Origin: an uncultured Gammaproteobacteria bacterium
GTDB lineage: Bacteria; Patescibacteriota; Microgenomatia; UBA10105; UBA927
Assembly: GCA_964430295.1 (NCBI GenBank)
Contig: CAYSEV010000001.1
Span: 5,699 to 69,698, forward strand
DNA: 64,000 bases
Reading direction: 5' to 3'
This document shows positions 23,501-38,500 of the stretch, in pieces; position 1 is the stretch's first letter, and the number at the start of each line of letters is the position of its first letter. The notes beneath the pieces are model-generated. The model saw nothing but the letters and a program-made list of their open reading frames with translations, did no database searches and was not told the DNA's origin. The translations under genes were made by a program, and so were the position numbers.

Positions 23501-26500
23501 GACAAACCGACAGGCTTTTGGGCTACTGTTGGTGACTATTTCCTTTTCCCGACATTCTGGCAAAAGAATACGATGACAACAGGTCAGAGGTGGTTATCTT
23601 TTGCAGGCTGGGTTGTCTCTAGAGGATTCCTCCTATTAAATCCGACTACGCCATATTTTGGATATACTTTGATAGCTCAGGATATACTTCGTATGACAAA
23701 TGATTTCCTTGCTGCCAAGTGGGCATTCCAAGGGAAAGATCTGACTGTAGCACCCACCACAACAGGAGCCGGTGCACCACCACCAAAAGAAGAAGATCTG
23801 ACAGTGTCAGGTAAAAAGACAATTGGCAAACAGGATGTACAGACCAATAGTAAACTCCTTGCCATTGTGACGAATGCTGAGAACAAAGGATTGAAAGTTA
23901 TTGAGTACACAGTAAAGGCAAAAGACGCAGGCGTAAAAGATCAACGAATATGGGTGGTAGAGGGTGCAGGCGTAACCCCAATAACCAACGAATATATCAT
24001 AAAACTGGCAGCACAGCGAAATAGCATCACCGCCAAAGCCGGGTTCCCCGGACCAGGAAAATATGTTGATGCATTGTCACAAGAAGCTATTACTCAGGGG
24101 ACTGCAGAGTTATCTGCGGTTGGAGATAGGCAGATAGTGCAGGAAGAAGCAGCAATATCATCAATGAGTGATGGAAGCAAACTCGGTATTCACTATGCTG
24201 CAGATGTTGCACAATACACAGATGAAAATCTACATATACCAGATAATGAGTTACTTGATCTTAGTATTGTTGTTCATGCGAAAGACCAAACAGGTGTCTT
24301 GGCACTTCTTGGAAATGTGTACGGTGGTCAGTGGATGAGTAAAAATGACTATTTTGCAAAATGGGCAAAAGAAGAAGGAATCGTTACCCCATTACCAAAA
24401 AATATCGTTACGTATAAAGCATTTATAACATGGTATGAGACACAGGCAGTGTTTACCAGTGGCGCATATTCATCACAAAATGGCAAACTGTTTGTAAATG
24501 GTACTCCAACACAGCAGGTTATTGCACCGGATGGCAAACCGATCACAGATCTGTATAAATTCCGCCATCTTCAAGGTGATTTTTATATGATCAGTGCAGA
24601 GAATGCGCATGGAATCTTCAAGATTAATGGAACAAAAGCAGAGTTGATTGTGGCAGCGCACAACAATAATTTCCACGATGATGTGACACAAGCCGGATGG
24701 ATTACATTTGACAAAGAAGTAGATGTGAAACAGGCAAGTGTACTTCCATATGTAGATGGCAGTGCACTCTTTAACGCGCAAACAGGCAATCATGTTCAGA
24801 TCAGCTCTCTGAAGAATTTTGAACGAACAGGGGCATATATGCTCAAGAGCGAAACGATTGATCCGAGTGAACGATATGTTGTATTTATCCAGAGCAATAA
24901 TAAGGATGCAACCGCAAAAATCGGTATTATCGATCTACAGAATTTGGATGCAGGAATTGTGTATTCTGGTCAACTTACCGGCCATGTATCAGATATAGAA
25001 TTTATCGATGGAAACACCATTGCGGTGTCTGAATACGGAAAAGAAAAGGGAAGAATAGATCTATCTGCCACGTTGGGTGGCAATAAAACAATACTTCCTG
25101 GTGTTGTAAAACCAGTATCAGCACCGAATGTATACGATTCAGAAGGGCGAAATATTAAAGTGGGCGATACCATAGAGTACAAAGATAATAGCGGAGCGAA
25201 GAAGGCTGTGGTACAGGGCTTTACAAAAACTGGCCAAATCATCTTCATGGAGCTTAATAGCACAGATGGGAATAAAGCGAAGATTGCTCAGGGAGATATA
25301 GTAGCAAGAGGTGTGAAGGTTGTGTCTCCAGATTCCTCTTCTCCAAGACCTCAGCCAATTCCTGCTGTTGGAGTTAAACAAAAATTGACCACAAAAGGAA
25401 AGATTACTCCAGGAAAAGATACACTTCAGGTATATGCGGAGAATAAATCGACTAATAGTAATGTAGATACCTCAAAAGCCCGTGTCAGTTGGAATGTGCC
25501 TTCTACGCTTGCCAATATAACATATGGCTACGCAGTAACGAATAACCGTGGCGGAATATTTGTGAACGGAGAGCTTCAAACAGGAATAAATAACCCTATT
25601 CAAAAAAAGAGTGAATTCAAAAAAACAAGTCTAACATTCGGTACTGCAACTCCAAGTGACACACGGCCTGTTTTGGATGTCTATGCAGTATTTGAAGATG
25701 GGGATATGCGCTACTATGTACCGCTATCTGAACTGGAAAATGCTGAGCTTGCAGTGCCAATAGGACCGACGAAAACAGTAGATCAAATTATTCAAGAATT
25801 GGATGCAATTTTAGCTACAACCGTATCCGAAGAAAATTTGGAAATAATGCAACAAAGTGGAGAAGCGGCATCCGATCTTATATCCCAGCTTACAGAGAAT
25901 GGATTTTATTGGGTAGAAAGTCAAAGAGATATCGTGACTTTGAATGCAACGAGAGAAAAATTAATTAAACTTAAACCATACTTCCAAAAAACTAAAAGAC
26001 TGGAAGATTTTAATACTATGATCGCAGCTATTGATGGGCTTTTAGAACTTGCTAAAGCATCACCTCAGGAAGTGCGGAATGCTGAAGCCGTAGCGAAGCT
26101 TCAGGAGGAAATCAATGCCTCCTTTGATGAAATCATCAACAATGGCATCTCTTTGGATTCTATTAATGTATTCAGGATTATAATTGCCCAGACTATAAAA
26201 AATGCCAGAGCCCTTGAAGGATTAACAGAAACTGCATTGAATCATTACAGTAATAATCTGACTGTATTGGAGAAATTACGCGATGTGATCATGAAAATGG
26301 TACCTTCTCTATCCGTGATGAATGAAATTGCTGAGATTCAGGACCTCATAGATCAATTAGACCTTCTTATTGAAGCCGCCAAGAAGACTTCACATACACC
26401 TATTGGCACATCAGAAGCAGAGATTCTAGCAGCACTGCAGAATGTGCAAAAAACAGCGATATCAGAATTTAAGGCAAATAATATAGAAGATATGCAACGG

Positions 26501-29500
26501 GATTTGGCTGATCAACGGGTAGATGTAATGGAATTAGTTATTGCAAGCATCACAATGTATCCGACTGATACAGAATATCTAAAAGAAGTTGCGAAGATAT
26601 TTGATGCATTGAAGCCGGGATATGAACATACCTGGAGCGCTTGGACATATAATGATGTGTATAAAGCATTACATGAAGCGATAGATCATCCAAGTTCATC
26701 ACCAACTATACCGAGTGGATTTAAAATTGCGCAGTATCTGGGTCAACAGCAACAGCAATTATTAGCTCAGCTTGGATTGCTTGGTGATGTCAGTATTCTT
26801 CCCGTAGGTGGTAAAACAGTACAAAATGCGTTAGCTGCTGCAACAAACACAACAGAAGCATTTGTTCAGTTAGCAGAGAGAATATTTAATGAACACCAGG
26901 CAAATAGAACATTGTTAACTGCTTTATCTGAATCTATAGCTTCAGTTAACCCTGCATTTAATCTGGTCTGGCGATGGAATGCCCTGATTCGAATACAGGA
27001 GGAAATAGATAGGTTGTTAAAACAGCCTGTACAGCCAACTGGGGCAATTACATATGAAGTCTCTAAACAGCGTATGTCAGCACCACTTGAGAGTGCTTCT
27101 GACTTGAAAGCCGGCGATTATTTCCAAAGAAAAGTAAAGAGCGGTTGGGAATCATTCCAATTAAAGCAAAGCGCAGATGGATCGTACTATACGGTTGAAT
27201 TCAAACCTGATGGGACTATTAAGCGCATAAAGGCTGTCTCTGATCCAACATCATGGGGTTTTGTCAAAGAAAATTATCGACGGTTTGATCCTATACAAAT
27301 AATGACGACGGCAAAGAACATGTTAACTGATTTATATACATATGGTGAAGCATATGATGCGAATAACGCTGAAATAGTCAAAACAGTACTTGAAGAAATT
27401 AAAGAAATGCTTGGAGGAGAGGCTACTCTCGAACCGATGAAGACACAAATCGGCATATTGGAGGCAGTGATAGCCGGCGGACGCCCGACAAAAACGACGA
27501 CTCCGCCTATATTGATAGCTACGGTTGAAGAAGCAACGAAACAATTAAATGAACTCTTCTTAGATGGAGCATCGTATCTTCCTGCTAATGTTGGAAGAGT
27601 CAAAGCCTCTGTTGATTCTATTCGGACTGCGCTTGCAAATACACCAGTCTCACAAACTGTAACAGATCAGTTGTTGGCACTGGATACGGTTATTCAACGA
27701 AATCTGCCTGCGGAAGAAAAACCTGTAATTGATCCAAATTTGCACGCTCGACCACAGACAGAACAAGGTATAACTCAACCTGTTCTGGATCCGGCTAAGC
27801 AGCCACAGGAAGCCCAAATGGCAAAAACGCAGGTATTTACTACTCAAAATACGCAAATTGCAGTCAATGAAGGAAGTCAACAAGGTAATAAACTAATAAA
27901 CTCCTATGGGACACCAGAATTATTCCTCGCAGTAGATCAAAAGGATTTGAACTCATACAATCCATCTCAATACACAGGATTACGAGTCCAATTGAAGTGG
28001 GATACGCCAAAATTAGCAGGAAAATTGGCTAAATTTGGTCGCGCTACCGTTCTGGCAGAAGGTAAAGGACAAAACGGAGATTTTGCTAGCAGATATGCAA
28101 TCGGAAGGTTCTATGAATTATTCTATGGTCTTAATGGTCAAGTGTTTGCTGAGAATGTAACAGATGTACCATCCAGAATTCGTCAAATTATTTCCCAGAT
28201 AGATATCGAACTTGCATATATAAATAAACAACACAATACACAGGCAGAAACGACGTTGTCAGTGGCCTTAGAATTCAATGGAAAACTATTCACTGCCTGG
28301 GTTGGAAATTCTAGTATCTACGTAACACGCAATGGAAGCATACACCTGTTAAGTGCTCCAAATGATATGGTTTTGGGAAGTTCAGTGGAAGGGCGAGACA
28401 CAGAATTTATCCATACAAGCGATACATTAGCTGCGGATTTGAAAACAAAAGCCCAAAGGGCTAGAAACAACGGATATCCACTGGCAGCAATTGTTGAAGA
28501 CTGGGCAAATAGTGTAGATACCGCTGTGAACCTTCAACAAGGTGACCAGATTGCTCTTATGACGTATGGAGTAGATGATTTGAACGTAGCACAAAATGCT
28601 ACCGCAGTAGATCCAATTGCATCATTAATCAACGGATTAACAGGTCAAAAGCCTGCTGAAGCTGTCATTGATAGGGCTATTTCAGAAGCTGCTATTCGAA
28701 ACGTGCAAACGCCTCCAATGACAACAATCATATATACAGTAGGTACTTCGGAAAGTGTACAGCCAGTTGCCGTCAAGTCTCTTACAACACTCAGGCAAGA
28801 GCGGGATGCTGAAGTGGATCAAATAATTCAGAACATAGAAAAAGGAGAGGTTTCCCCAGATGCAGATGCCATAATTTCCGATTTGAAATCACGACTGTCT
28901 GAACGCATTGTTCTTCCTGTTGTACAGCAAAACAGAATACGAGCGGCAGCAGCACGTAAGAAGGCTTCCAATGAACGAGAACAGGCATGGAAAGCAGTAT
29001 TATCAACAGATTTGACGGCAGCTGTGACTGATCTGACACAGGCAGGAATTGAGGATTTCTGGGCAAATGCATATGAAGCACTGGGTACAGCAGGTCGGAT
29101 ATTCCCTGAGGTTGAAGTAGCGCCAGAGGAAAGCGCCCAAAAAACAGCACAACCGGTTACAGTCGTTGAGATACGGGATATTATCCAAAAAACATCGCTC
29201 AAAGAACTGCGCAGACAACGGGATGAAGTACTCATTCCGGCTGCAATCAAGTCACTTGCAAATGGGAAATATACCGCGGGTGTAGGCAACATCATCAAAT
29301 CAATTGAAGAAAAGCTAGGCGGCAAAGTAACGGTCACTCGGGCTCAACGTGCAAAACTAAATGGAGCAGCGGCTCGTGGTGAAGCGATCTGGGCATATGA
29401 GAATTTGCTTACACAAGCGTCTCACTGGAGAGGGGCTCCGACAATAGAGATTGCAAACGCAACTATCCAGCAAATCAGATCTGCCATAAAGCAACTCGAG

Positions 29501-32500
29501 GCCTTTATAGAGCAAATGAAAGCAAGTCCTGTCGAAGAGCAACCTGAAGTGTTAGGAAAAACCGTACCGGATATAACTGAAAAAGCAGCGGTGACATTAC
29601 CAAGTGTTCGTGAAGCCGTAAACGAAGCCATAGTTCAAACACTCATCAAGATAGGTGTTGCTTATATTGAATCAGGTGATCGATCCATTATAGAAACTGA
29701 GCTTAGAGGTCAGTTGCAAAAGCAAAAGGTAGATCTGACTCTTATAGCAAGGCCGGGACAAACAGCAGAAGCTGTGTTAGAAGAACTTGTTACCGCACTG
29801 GTAGAAGATTACGCTCCAGCTGTTAAAGAACATACAGCTGATCTTTCTGCAATAGAGCCTGCCAAAGCAATGAATAAGCTTGAAGTAGCCATTGATGAGG
29901 CTACAAACGCTATACTAGCTCGCGTTTCAGCGGAACAGCAAAAAACTCAAACACACACTATCGGTCCGGTAGAGATTGCCACCAATATCGGTCCGAAAAA
30001 GACGACAGGTTTGAGTGCAGATGCCTATGGAGTTCCAGAGCGATTTGTCAGTATAAAACCGGGATTTGCAACTATATCACAGGCACAAGAGGACGTTCAA
30101 ACAGTTTCACCTGAACGTATACAACAATATGGACGTGCCAATATAGTTACTCATGGTCTGGGACAAGCCGATTCCTACGCGAGCAGATATGTAGTCGGCA
30201 GATTCTATTCACTATTTTATGGAATAGGAGTAGCTGCTCTTCAACCTACGCTTGAGTCTACTGAGCGTGTCATGGCAATTCTTGCACAAATAGATGGTGA
30301 ATTGATTGAACAAAGCGCCAAACAGAATACCAAGCTCACAGCATCAGTGGCGGTAACGGTACAGAACGGGGGATTATTACAAAGTATTTGGGTGGGAAAT
30401 GTTCAATCTCATTTGGTGCGTGAAGGTCGGGTTATTCCACTCACATCCCCATCTTCATATGTACTTGGAGAAGGAAAAGCTCTGCAGCAGGGGGTCATTC
30501 AAACACACAATGATATGCCGACGTTAGCCCCTGAAACATTTGGTCCTGAGAGTGATATCGTGCTTGCAAATGGAGACAAGATAGTACTCTCTTCAGATGA
30601 AGTTATATCTCTATACGGTGGAGCTACTGCTGTTGTATCTGAAGGTCAGTATGCTGTGAGTGTCACAGATGCGAATCCTGCACAAACCACAGTAAATAGC
30701 GCCATTAAAACCGCATGGGAATCAAATAACAGTTCATACGATGCACTGACGACGGTTGTTGAGACAATCACAGTAAGTGGTAAGCGCGTGGCTACCAAAA
30801 AAGAAACCAAGCTTACAGAAGCCCGCAAACATGCTATTACATCCGGAGTAGCTCCATTAGCAGCATTCCAGGCAGAAACGCCAGAAGAATTAGCAGTATT
30901 AGAAACAAAGGCTTCACAAGCTCAAGTTCAAAGAGACGCCCAGCTGGAGGAAACATCGGATAAAGGAAAAGGGCGAAGATCCAGAGCAAAAGCCACTACG
31001 AAGAAACGCATGATTCAGGTACAAACACATGTGGGTGAAGTAGAGCTGCTATCAACTGAACCATTTAGTACGCAGGTTGTAGAAGTTGAAAAAGTGGTAA
31101 ACGATCTTGATCAGAGTATTGCCAGACTTGAATCATCGCCACTGTTAGATATCCCTCAGGAAGACCGTGCAGATGTCGCAACAACACTTATAGCGGCACA
31201 GAAGACTCGTGAAGATCTGACAGAACTGCATAAGAAGATACAGCGACTTATGGAGGCAAAAACGGCCATACAAAAACAATTTGGGCTTACATTGTTTGAG
31301 TGGCAAGAGCTGACGACAATTTCAAGCTTTGGGCAATTGCAGAAATTTGTTGCACAAGTTCAGCAGAGAATAGAGGAAGATGCCAGTATCAGAGAAGCTG
31401 CCGCAAACCGTGCAGCTAAGGAGGAAACACAGCAGGCACAAAAACAGGCGGACATCGATGCATTATCAAAAGAAGGGCAATTAACATTGGATAGTGAATT
31501 AAAGGCAAGACAACTGGAATCAAGAATCGCTATGTTAGAAGCCCTAGAATCTCTTAGAAGAGTGTATGAAATACAAGATTCACAGTACCTGCAGATGGAG
31601 AATGAACAGGCAGATGCCATCAACGCAGAAATAGATGCGGCATGGATTGCACACGAAGCCGAAGCAGCATTAGAGCAGTATTGGTCAGTCACGCTAGATA
31701 TACAGGAAGCATCCGCATTGCCGTCTGCGGAGAGAGTTCAAAAATACACAAATCTGCGTCCAAAGCTTGAAGAGGCAATTGATGTAATCCAATCCATGGA
31801 TCCACGAACATATCCTGAAGATGTGGCATACACACTTCGTGTCATAGCAACACGATCAGACGAACGATTAGCAGATATAGATGCAACGATTGCAGCGGAT
31901 ACACAGGCAAACGCACTCCGTGAAGCCCGCAGGGTTGCTATTGCTGCCGGACTGTTGACGGCAAAAGAAGCATTTGAAGCAAAAACTGTTGCAGAAGTTG
32001 AAACAAAGCAAAAAGCTGCACAAGAGCAAAGACAACAAAATCAGCAATTGGCACAGGAAAAAGCAACCGCAGAAGTCGCCACACGTAAAAAAGCGGCTAT
32101 TACGACAGCCGTAACCAAAATTCAAAAAGCCATCAATGTCCCACTTGTTGAACTTTCGACCCTCAATGTAGAAACAATTCTGACAGCACCGGAACTTGAG
32201 GCATTAGCCGCTATTTCAGCACAGGGAGATGAAACAGTAATAGCCGCTATCACTACACTATCTGAAACACAGGAGAGTGCGAGAACTGCAGTAGAGCAAG
32301 CAAAAGCAGCACTTGAAGTCATAGGACACGTCAATGAAGTCTTTACTCAACAATCCGCTACTTCTATAGATGGGCCTGATACAGGCGTGTTGAGTCTGGC
32401 AGATACAGTTGGACAGGTTATAGAAACCCGATTGCAGCAAACAGAAGATCTATCAAATCAAACGGACGCTATTGTTGAGGATTCATTGCCACCTGTTGCA

Positions 32501-35500
32501 AAAGAGCAGATTGCGGCAGCACGCAAAAAGGTTAAAGCCCGCAAAGATGCAATCACAAGAGTAAAAGGAAAAGTAACAGCTGTACGTGTCGCAGTAAAGA
32601 AAACAAATACACTTATTGCTCAAAAAACACAAACCGATAAAAAACCGGATGCCGAATATCTTTCAGAGCTCAGTGAACTTAATATCTTACTCGTGGAGGT
32701 TTCACAGGATATGAAGGTTGCGGGATTACTCAGTCCAGTCGTGACTCGAGCCGCTGCCTTGGTAAAAGATGAAATAGCGGTAGCAGGCCCCGAGGCACTT
32801 AGCACTATATCTGAATCATTGGAGAAAGCGCAAAAAGCCCTACAGCAGCAACAGGAAGCAATCGCAAAAGCAAAGGAAGCGCGCAAAGATGCAGGATTAC
32901 CTGAAGAGCAGAAATTTATAAAGGGAAATCCAAATGTTATCTCCGACTTGATCAAATCCATAGTTGATACAGCCAGATATTATTTGGGCTTTGATCGTAT
33001 AAAGCCAACGACAGTAGGAGTGCCCACAGGTCTTCCTGATGAAGAATCAAAACAAGTTGAACCTGAAGTAATCATCCCGCGTTGGAGGATACTCTGGTCA
33101 TCCACATTCCAACCAGCACGTGATCTTGAAAACAGAATAGCCCGTATGGAAGATTCATACGCAAAGATTATGACTGATATGGAATCAGAAGGATTTAATA
33201 ATCTCGATTTGTTAACGGTATCTGCTGTTGATGCTGTCCAAATGCGCACATCCATAGACGCGTATAGGACCCGATTACGAGCGTTGGTTGGTACGTTATC
33301 AACTGTACAGAATAGATACACTAGACAAAATGGTAGATACTCACAGTCCGATCGCGAGAGGCTCTCTGGATTCCTATCGGATTTGCAGACACGCATAGAT
33401 GTCTCAAATGAATCATTGGATTTGTTATATACAGGACTAGGGGAAATTGTACAAAGGCGAGACGTATTTATTGATGAATTGCCTCCTGTTGAACGCCCTG
33501 CGTTCTTACTTGTAGAACAAGTTGAAACAGCGCTTAGCGTTTTCCCATCAATCAATGATGGATGGTCAAATAAAAAAGAATTGGCAAAGACATTGGAAGA
33601 ATCATTGGCTGAACGCGAGCGAATGTATCTCGTAATGCGCAATGATTTCTTGTGGAATCCACCATATATTAGTGAACTGGGAGGAGTTAAAGAAGAAGCA
33701 TATCAAAAATATAAGAAACAATTCGATGCACTGTTTGAACAGTGGGATAATCTCAACAAAGCGTACGAAGAAATGCTCAAGGTTATGCCGGATGAAAGAG
33801 TTCTAGGACATGTTGCTGGTGGCAGATTTGTCCCGTCCGAGCAATCTCCGGAATTTGGCGGATCACGACTATCTATAGACTGGTCAGGTGATCACATTGT
33901 CATTGCGTATTCACTGATTGGTATTTCAGATCCGGCAAGCAACTGGACGCTCAACGGTCAACCAATTGCCCTTACACCGGATCATACGATTGATATAGCA
34001 GATGGTGACGTCCTTGCAGTTGCGCATGGCGAGTATTATGGGCAGACATTAGAAATTCATAAGAATGGCGAAATTACATTCGTATCAAAAACAGATCAAA
34101 CATTAGCACAAAGAGCAACCGCAACTTCTGTAAAAGCTGCTGGTGGTCTTATCGGCTGGTCGGTCGTTAGTATTGTCGAGTCAAGTGAGACACAAATGAA
34201 AGCAACTGATGAATTCAATGCATTGCATAAGAAGAATACTCAGTTGCCTCTTCTAAAAATGGAAAAGGTAGAAGGTCAGATAAAAAAGACTGAAAAAGCA
34301 CTAACAGAGCTCAATAGACACCTGTCACTATTGCAAAGTACTGTCATGGATAACGTTTCCGGCAGATCCGCCACACGCCGAAATGAAATTATCGCAGAGC
34401 TTACCCGAAGAAAAGAGATTCTGGAACAGGATCTTTTAGCACTGAAAGCAAAATATGCAGACCAAGGATTCTCGGTAAATATATCTATGCTCAATGAACC
34501 TATACGCATCGAAAGAGGACAGGAAGCGGAATCTCCAATTCCTGGTGTCGTCATTAATGAAGATAAAACTATTCAGTTAACATCATCAGATCAGGTTGAA
34601 AACTTTGTAAATGGTACTCCAAACGCATTTGGATTTATCATTCAGCCAGGCGTTGGTTTGCCGATATTAACCAGAAACAAGCTGACAGGACACCTTCAGG
34701 CTTATTTTGTGCTGAACGAAGATGGCGTGCTCATTGTTCATGAAATTCCGTTGGCACCATGGTATAGAGATACAAACAAAAATATAGATGCTCTTGAAAT
34801 TATTAATCACAGAATTGCAGACATAGAAATGTATGATTTGGAGAATATGTTCGGTACAAGAGCCGTTGGAATATATGCCGAAATCATAAATGGTACCTCT
34901 ATACTTCGTAAAATTCGCGGAGATGATGGCAAAACTCTCATTGCCATTACCGATGCTACTATCCCGACGGTTCGGAACACAATGAAAGAAGAAATAAAGA
35001 ATCAAATAGCAGCGTTCAAAGAACAATTAAAACGTACGCGAAGATCAGATGAGCAATATGATCTGATTCAGAAGAGAATTGATGAACTGCAGGCACTTGA
35101 TAAATCAGATATCCTGAAACCGGATGGGTGGGAAGATATCGCCTTTATCAGCGAAAAATACGAACGCAGTTTAGTACATCGTGTGGCTATAAAAGCGGAA
35201 AACTTCCGTTCAACATATAGAAAATTTCCGTTAGTTCGATGGCTCAATTTCGCTTCAGGTATACCATTCTACGCGTCTACAGTGACAATGGTTACAGGTG
35301 TTTTGGGAACAGTACTTGGTCCTGTAGGATTAGCCATAGGTCCTATTGTAGGTCCTATCTTGTGGGCATCACCGATTCCACTGAATCCATCTGATTTTTT
35401 CTGGTTCGGTGTTGATATATTCGTCAAAACGGTTACTGCGCCGTTTATCCTTCCAGATACGATTGTCGGCATGGCTGCACGAACTCATGGATTCTCTGAT

Positions 35501-38500
35501 TTACCACGATTGCTTGAATGGTTGATATTGCCACGATTCTTAGGTCAGGTTGGATATAGGGTGTCTCCTGAACAGTACACAATCTCATCGGATGTCAGAC
35601 GGGCAGGAAATAATACGGAAGTATGGTATGTGAAGAAAAATATCAAGAAACCGAAGAAGATAACTATGAATGTGTTTGGTAAAGAGGTCCTAATCCATGA
35701 TCCAAACTATGGTTTATATAATATCCAAAAATGGAGAATTCCTATACCATTTATAGATCATAGTTTCCATATACTGGGATCAGGGTATCAATCAAAGTTC
35801 AAGATATTCTTGGGCAAGAGTCAGGAATACATAAACCTCTATGTACGCGTTTGGGAAATGCAAAATAAATTGCGTCAAAAAGTACCGACAGAACGAACCA
35901 AGCTGTTAGGTGGTGTTGCATCAAACGGATACCTTGATGAGGTACAGCAAACCCTTGCACTCCTTGCTACGGAAACTGATCCAGGCCGGATTCGTACACT
36001 GGAGCAATACTCAAGAAAGCTTTTGACAAATATAGACGAGCTCATCATTGAACTCACAAAGCTTCGTGATGATACACAGTCGTTCATCATCCGCGAGCCA
36101 AGGCAGATGAAAGGCCTTGATACGGCAGGAATCTCTGCTACACTCCTGGCTCTTATGGACAATAAGGCACTATTAGTCAGCCAGTTATCTGTTGCGCAAC
36201 TGCGCATACAACATGATGTCATTGATGGGGCGATAAAAGGTGAGGTTAGAAACGCGGCTCCAAGTGTCAGAATCGCATTGGAACGAGCCATTCTCTTGCC
36301 TCAAAAACTGTTAAACAAATTATCACAAGTGTTTGTTAAAGCAGGTCCGCAGGGAGCGGCGTTGGAACCAACAAATTGTACGTCCTGTTACACAGCTCTG
36401 CGAGATATGAATGGGTATGTAACTCGTGCTATCGCAGATAAGTCAGGAAAGAGCAATGTATTATTTGACGATGCAAATGTCGTACTTCAGACAGAAATAG
36501 ATAAACTTACTCGTGAAAGCGGAAATGCGTTAGTCTTAGCTGATGCGGAACTTGCAAAGTCTATGCTTTCTGCCGTTGTCAGTGAGGATCCTAAGGCCGT
36601 ACGCGAATATCTGAATAATATCCATACCCAGAAATTAGCATTATCAAAAATTGCAGATAAAAAGAGATTGTCTAAAGAACAAAAAGCACGATTGGATGAT
36701 ATTATACGCCTACTTAATACACTTGGTGATCGTATAGAAGATCTCGTAGATGTCATAGATACACCGACCATAGGTGTGAAAGCAGATGCAGTGGAAAAAC
36801 ATCAGCAGATATTGGATATCGATGATGACTTTGTCGTAAAAGAGGTAAATCAGATTGTTACCCCGCGCAAGATAACAGTGGCAAGTTTTGTGCGTATGAT
36901 GTCATTCTTCCTTCCATTCCTGGTTGAACCGGCATATGACGATACATATGTTGCAGATGTGCTTTCACAGGTTCATGTTCCGGAATTACAAAAACTTCAC
37001 CCCGAAAGACAGTACCTTAGAGTCCGTACTAGGGATATAAAATACCTGGCAAACGGCACGGAAAACTTTGTCTATAAAGGAACATTCCGTTACCTGGAAA
37101 ATGGTGAGCTTAAGACAGAAGTGAAGATTGTAAAGATAAACCGTAAAGAAGATAGCAGGGAACTGTATGGGTGTTACCTTGCCTATGTTGCGTGTCTTCG
37201 CTCGTATGTATACATGTACTCATCGATAGGAAAGGTTATAGAAGAAAAGTATCCGGACCTGAAGTATTTTGTACCACATCACGATCTGTACCATATAGGC
37301 AACCTGCAAAACTCACTCATCGTCACAGAATTTGTTGAATATAAGAGCATGAGTAAGTATAAGTTTGAAAGTGAAGAAGAACGGGAGCGCTTAAGTAAAG
37401 AAATAAAAGCAGCAACACAAGGACTCATGGAGGATCTGGATAAACGATATGCATTCCAGTTTGATTTCGTGGGAACAGATAATTTAGTCATAGGCAAGGG
37501 AGCTGATGGACTATCTCATGTCATGTTGCTAGACCCTGGTATGTATGATTCACGGCGTGTTGTGTTAAACAAAATCCTAGGGCCGATATCTCGAAGTGCG
37601 ATGCGTGTAATCGATCGATTTAGAGCAAAACAATACATCAGAATCTTTGAACCTAGTGTTTGGAAGACAATGGGATTCAGATTGCAGGCCCTTCGGGTTG
37701 GCGGTTTTTCAAAGGAAGATGAACCGATTGCCCGTAAAGTATACGATGCAGGCTATCGTGGCGCCTCAATGGCTGTATTAACTGATCGAATTCAGAAGAT
37801 ACGTACGTATCTTCCATTGACTGAGAGTATCAGAACTGTGTTGGAAGGGTATAAAACGATCGGATCATACTTATTTGATCGGTATTATTTGCGAATAGAC
37901 AGTACCAATAAAGCAAAAGTATTTTTGCATGTGGCTGACTGGGTAAAAAATAAACTTCCTGATGCACAAATTTATCAGCTTTGGAATGCTGTTGCGGCTC
38001 TTCCTGATGATATGCGCACGTCGGCAGCCAACTATGTAACCATAGCAGTTCGAAGACATGTTCCAACCAGTCAGATATTGGGAACATTAAGGAATCTAAC
38101 CTCTCAGGGAACAGCACAGGCAGGTTGGAAGGGGATAGCCACAGACACGAGCCTTACAACAGTAAATGATCAGGCATATACACAATATCTTTATGCGGCA
38201 GCACTCCCACAACTTCGAACCTGGATTCAGGGAAATACTGATACAGCAGATATTCAATCTGAAATAACACAAATAGTAGGGAATATGGCAAATCTGAATC
38301 CTTCTACTCCAACCCGCGGATCTCCGTTTACGCAGGTACATATTGATGCTGCTATCCGAGCCTTGGTAGCTGATTTCTCCGAAATTCAACGAGATGCGCT
38401 CCAAAATCAGGTTACTCCTCAAACAACACAACCGTCACTGCAGCAGGATCTTATACGAATTATTCAGGAAGTTGTTAAAGATCCTAAAGAATTTATTCGT

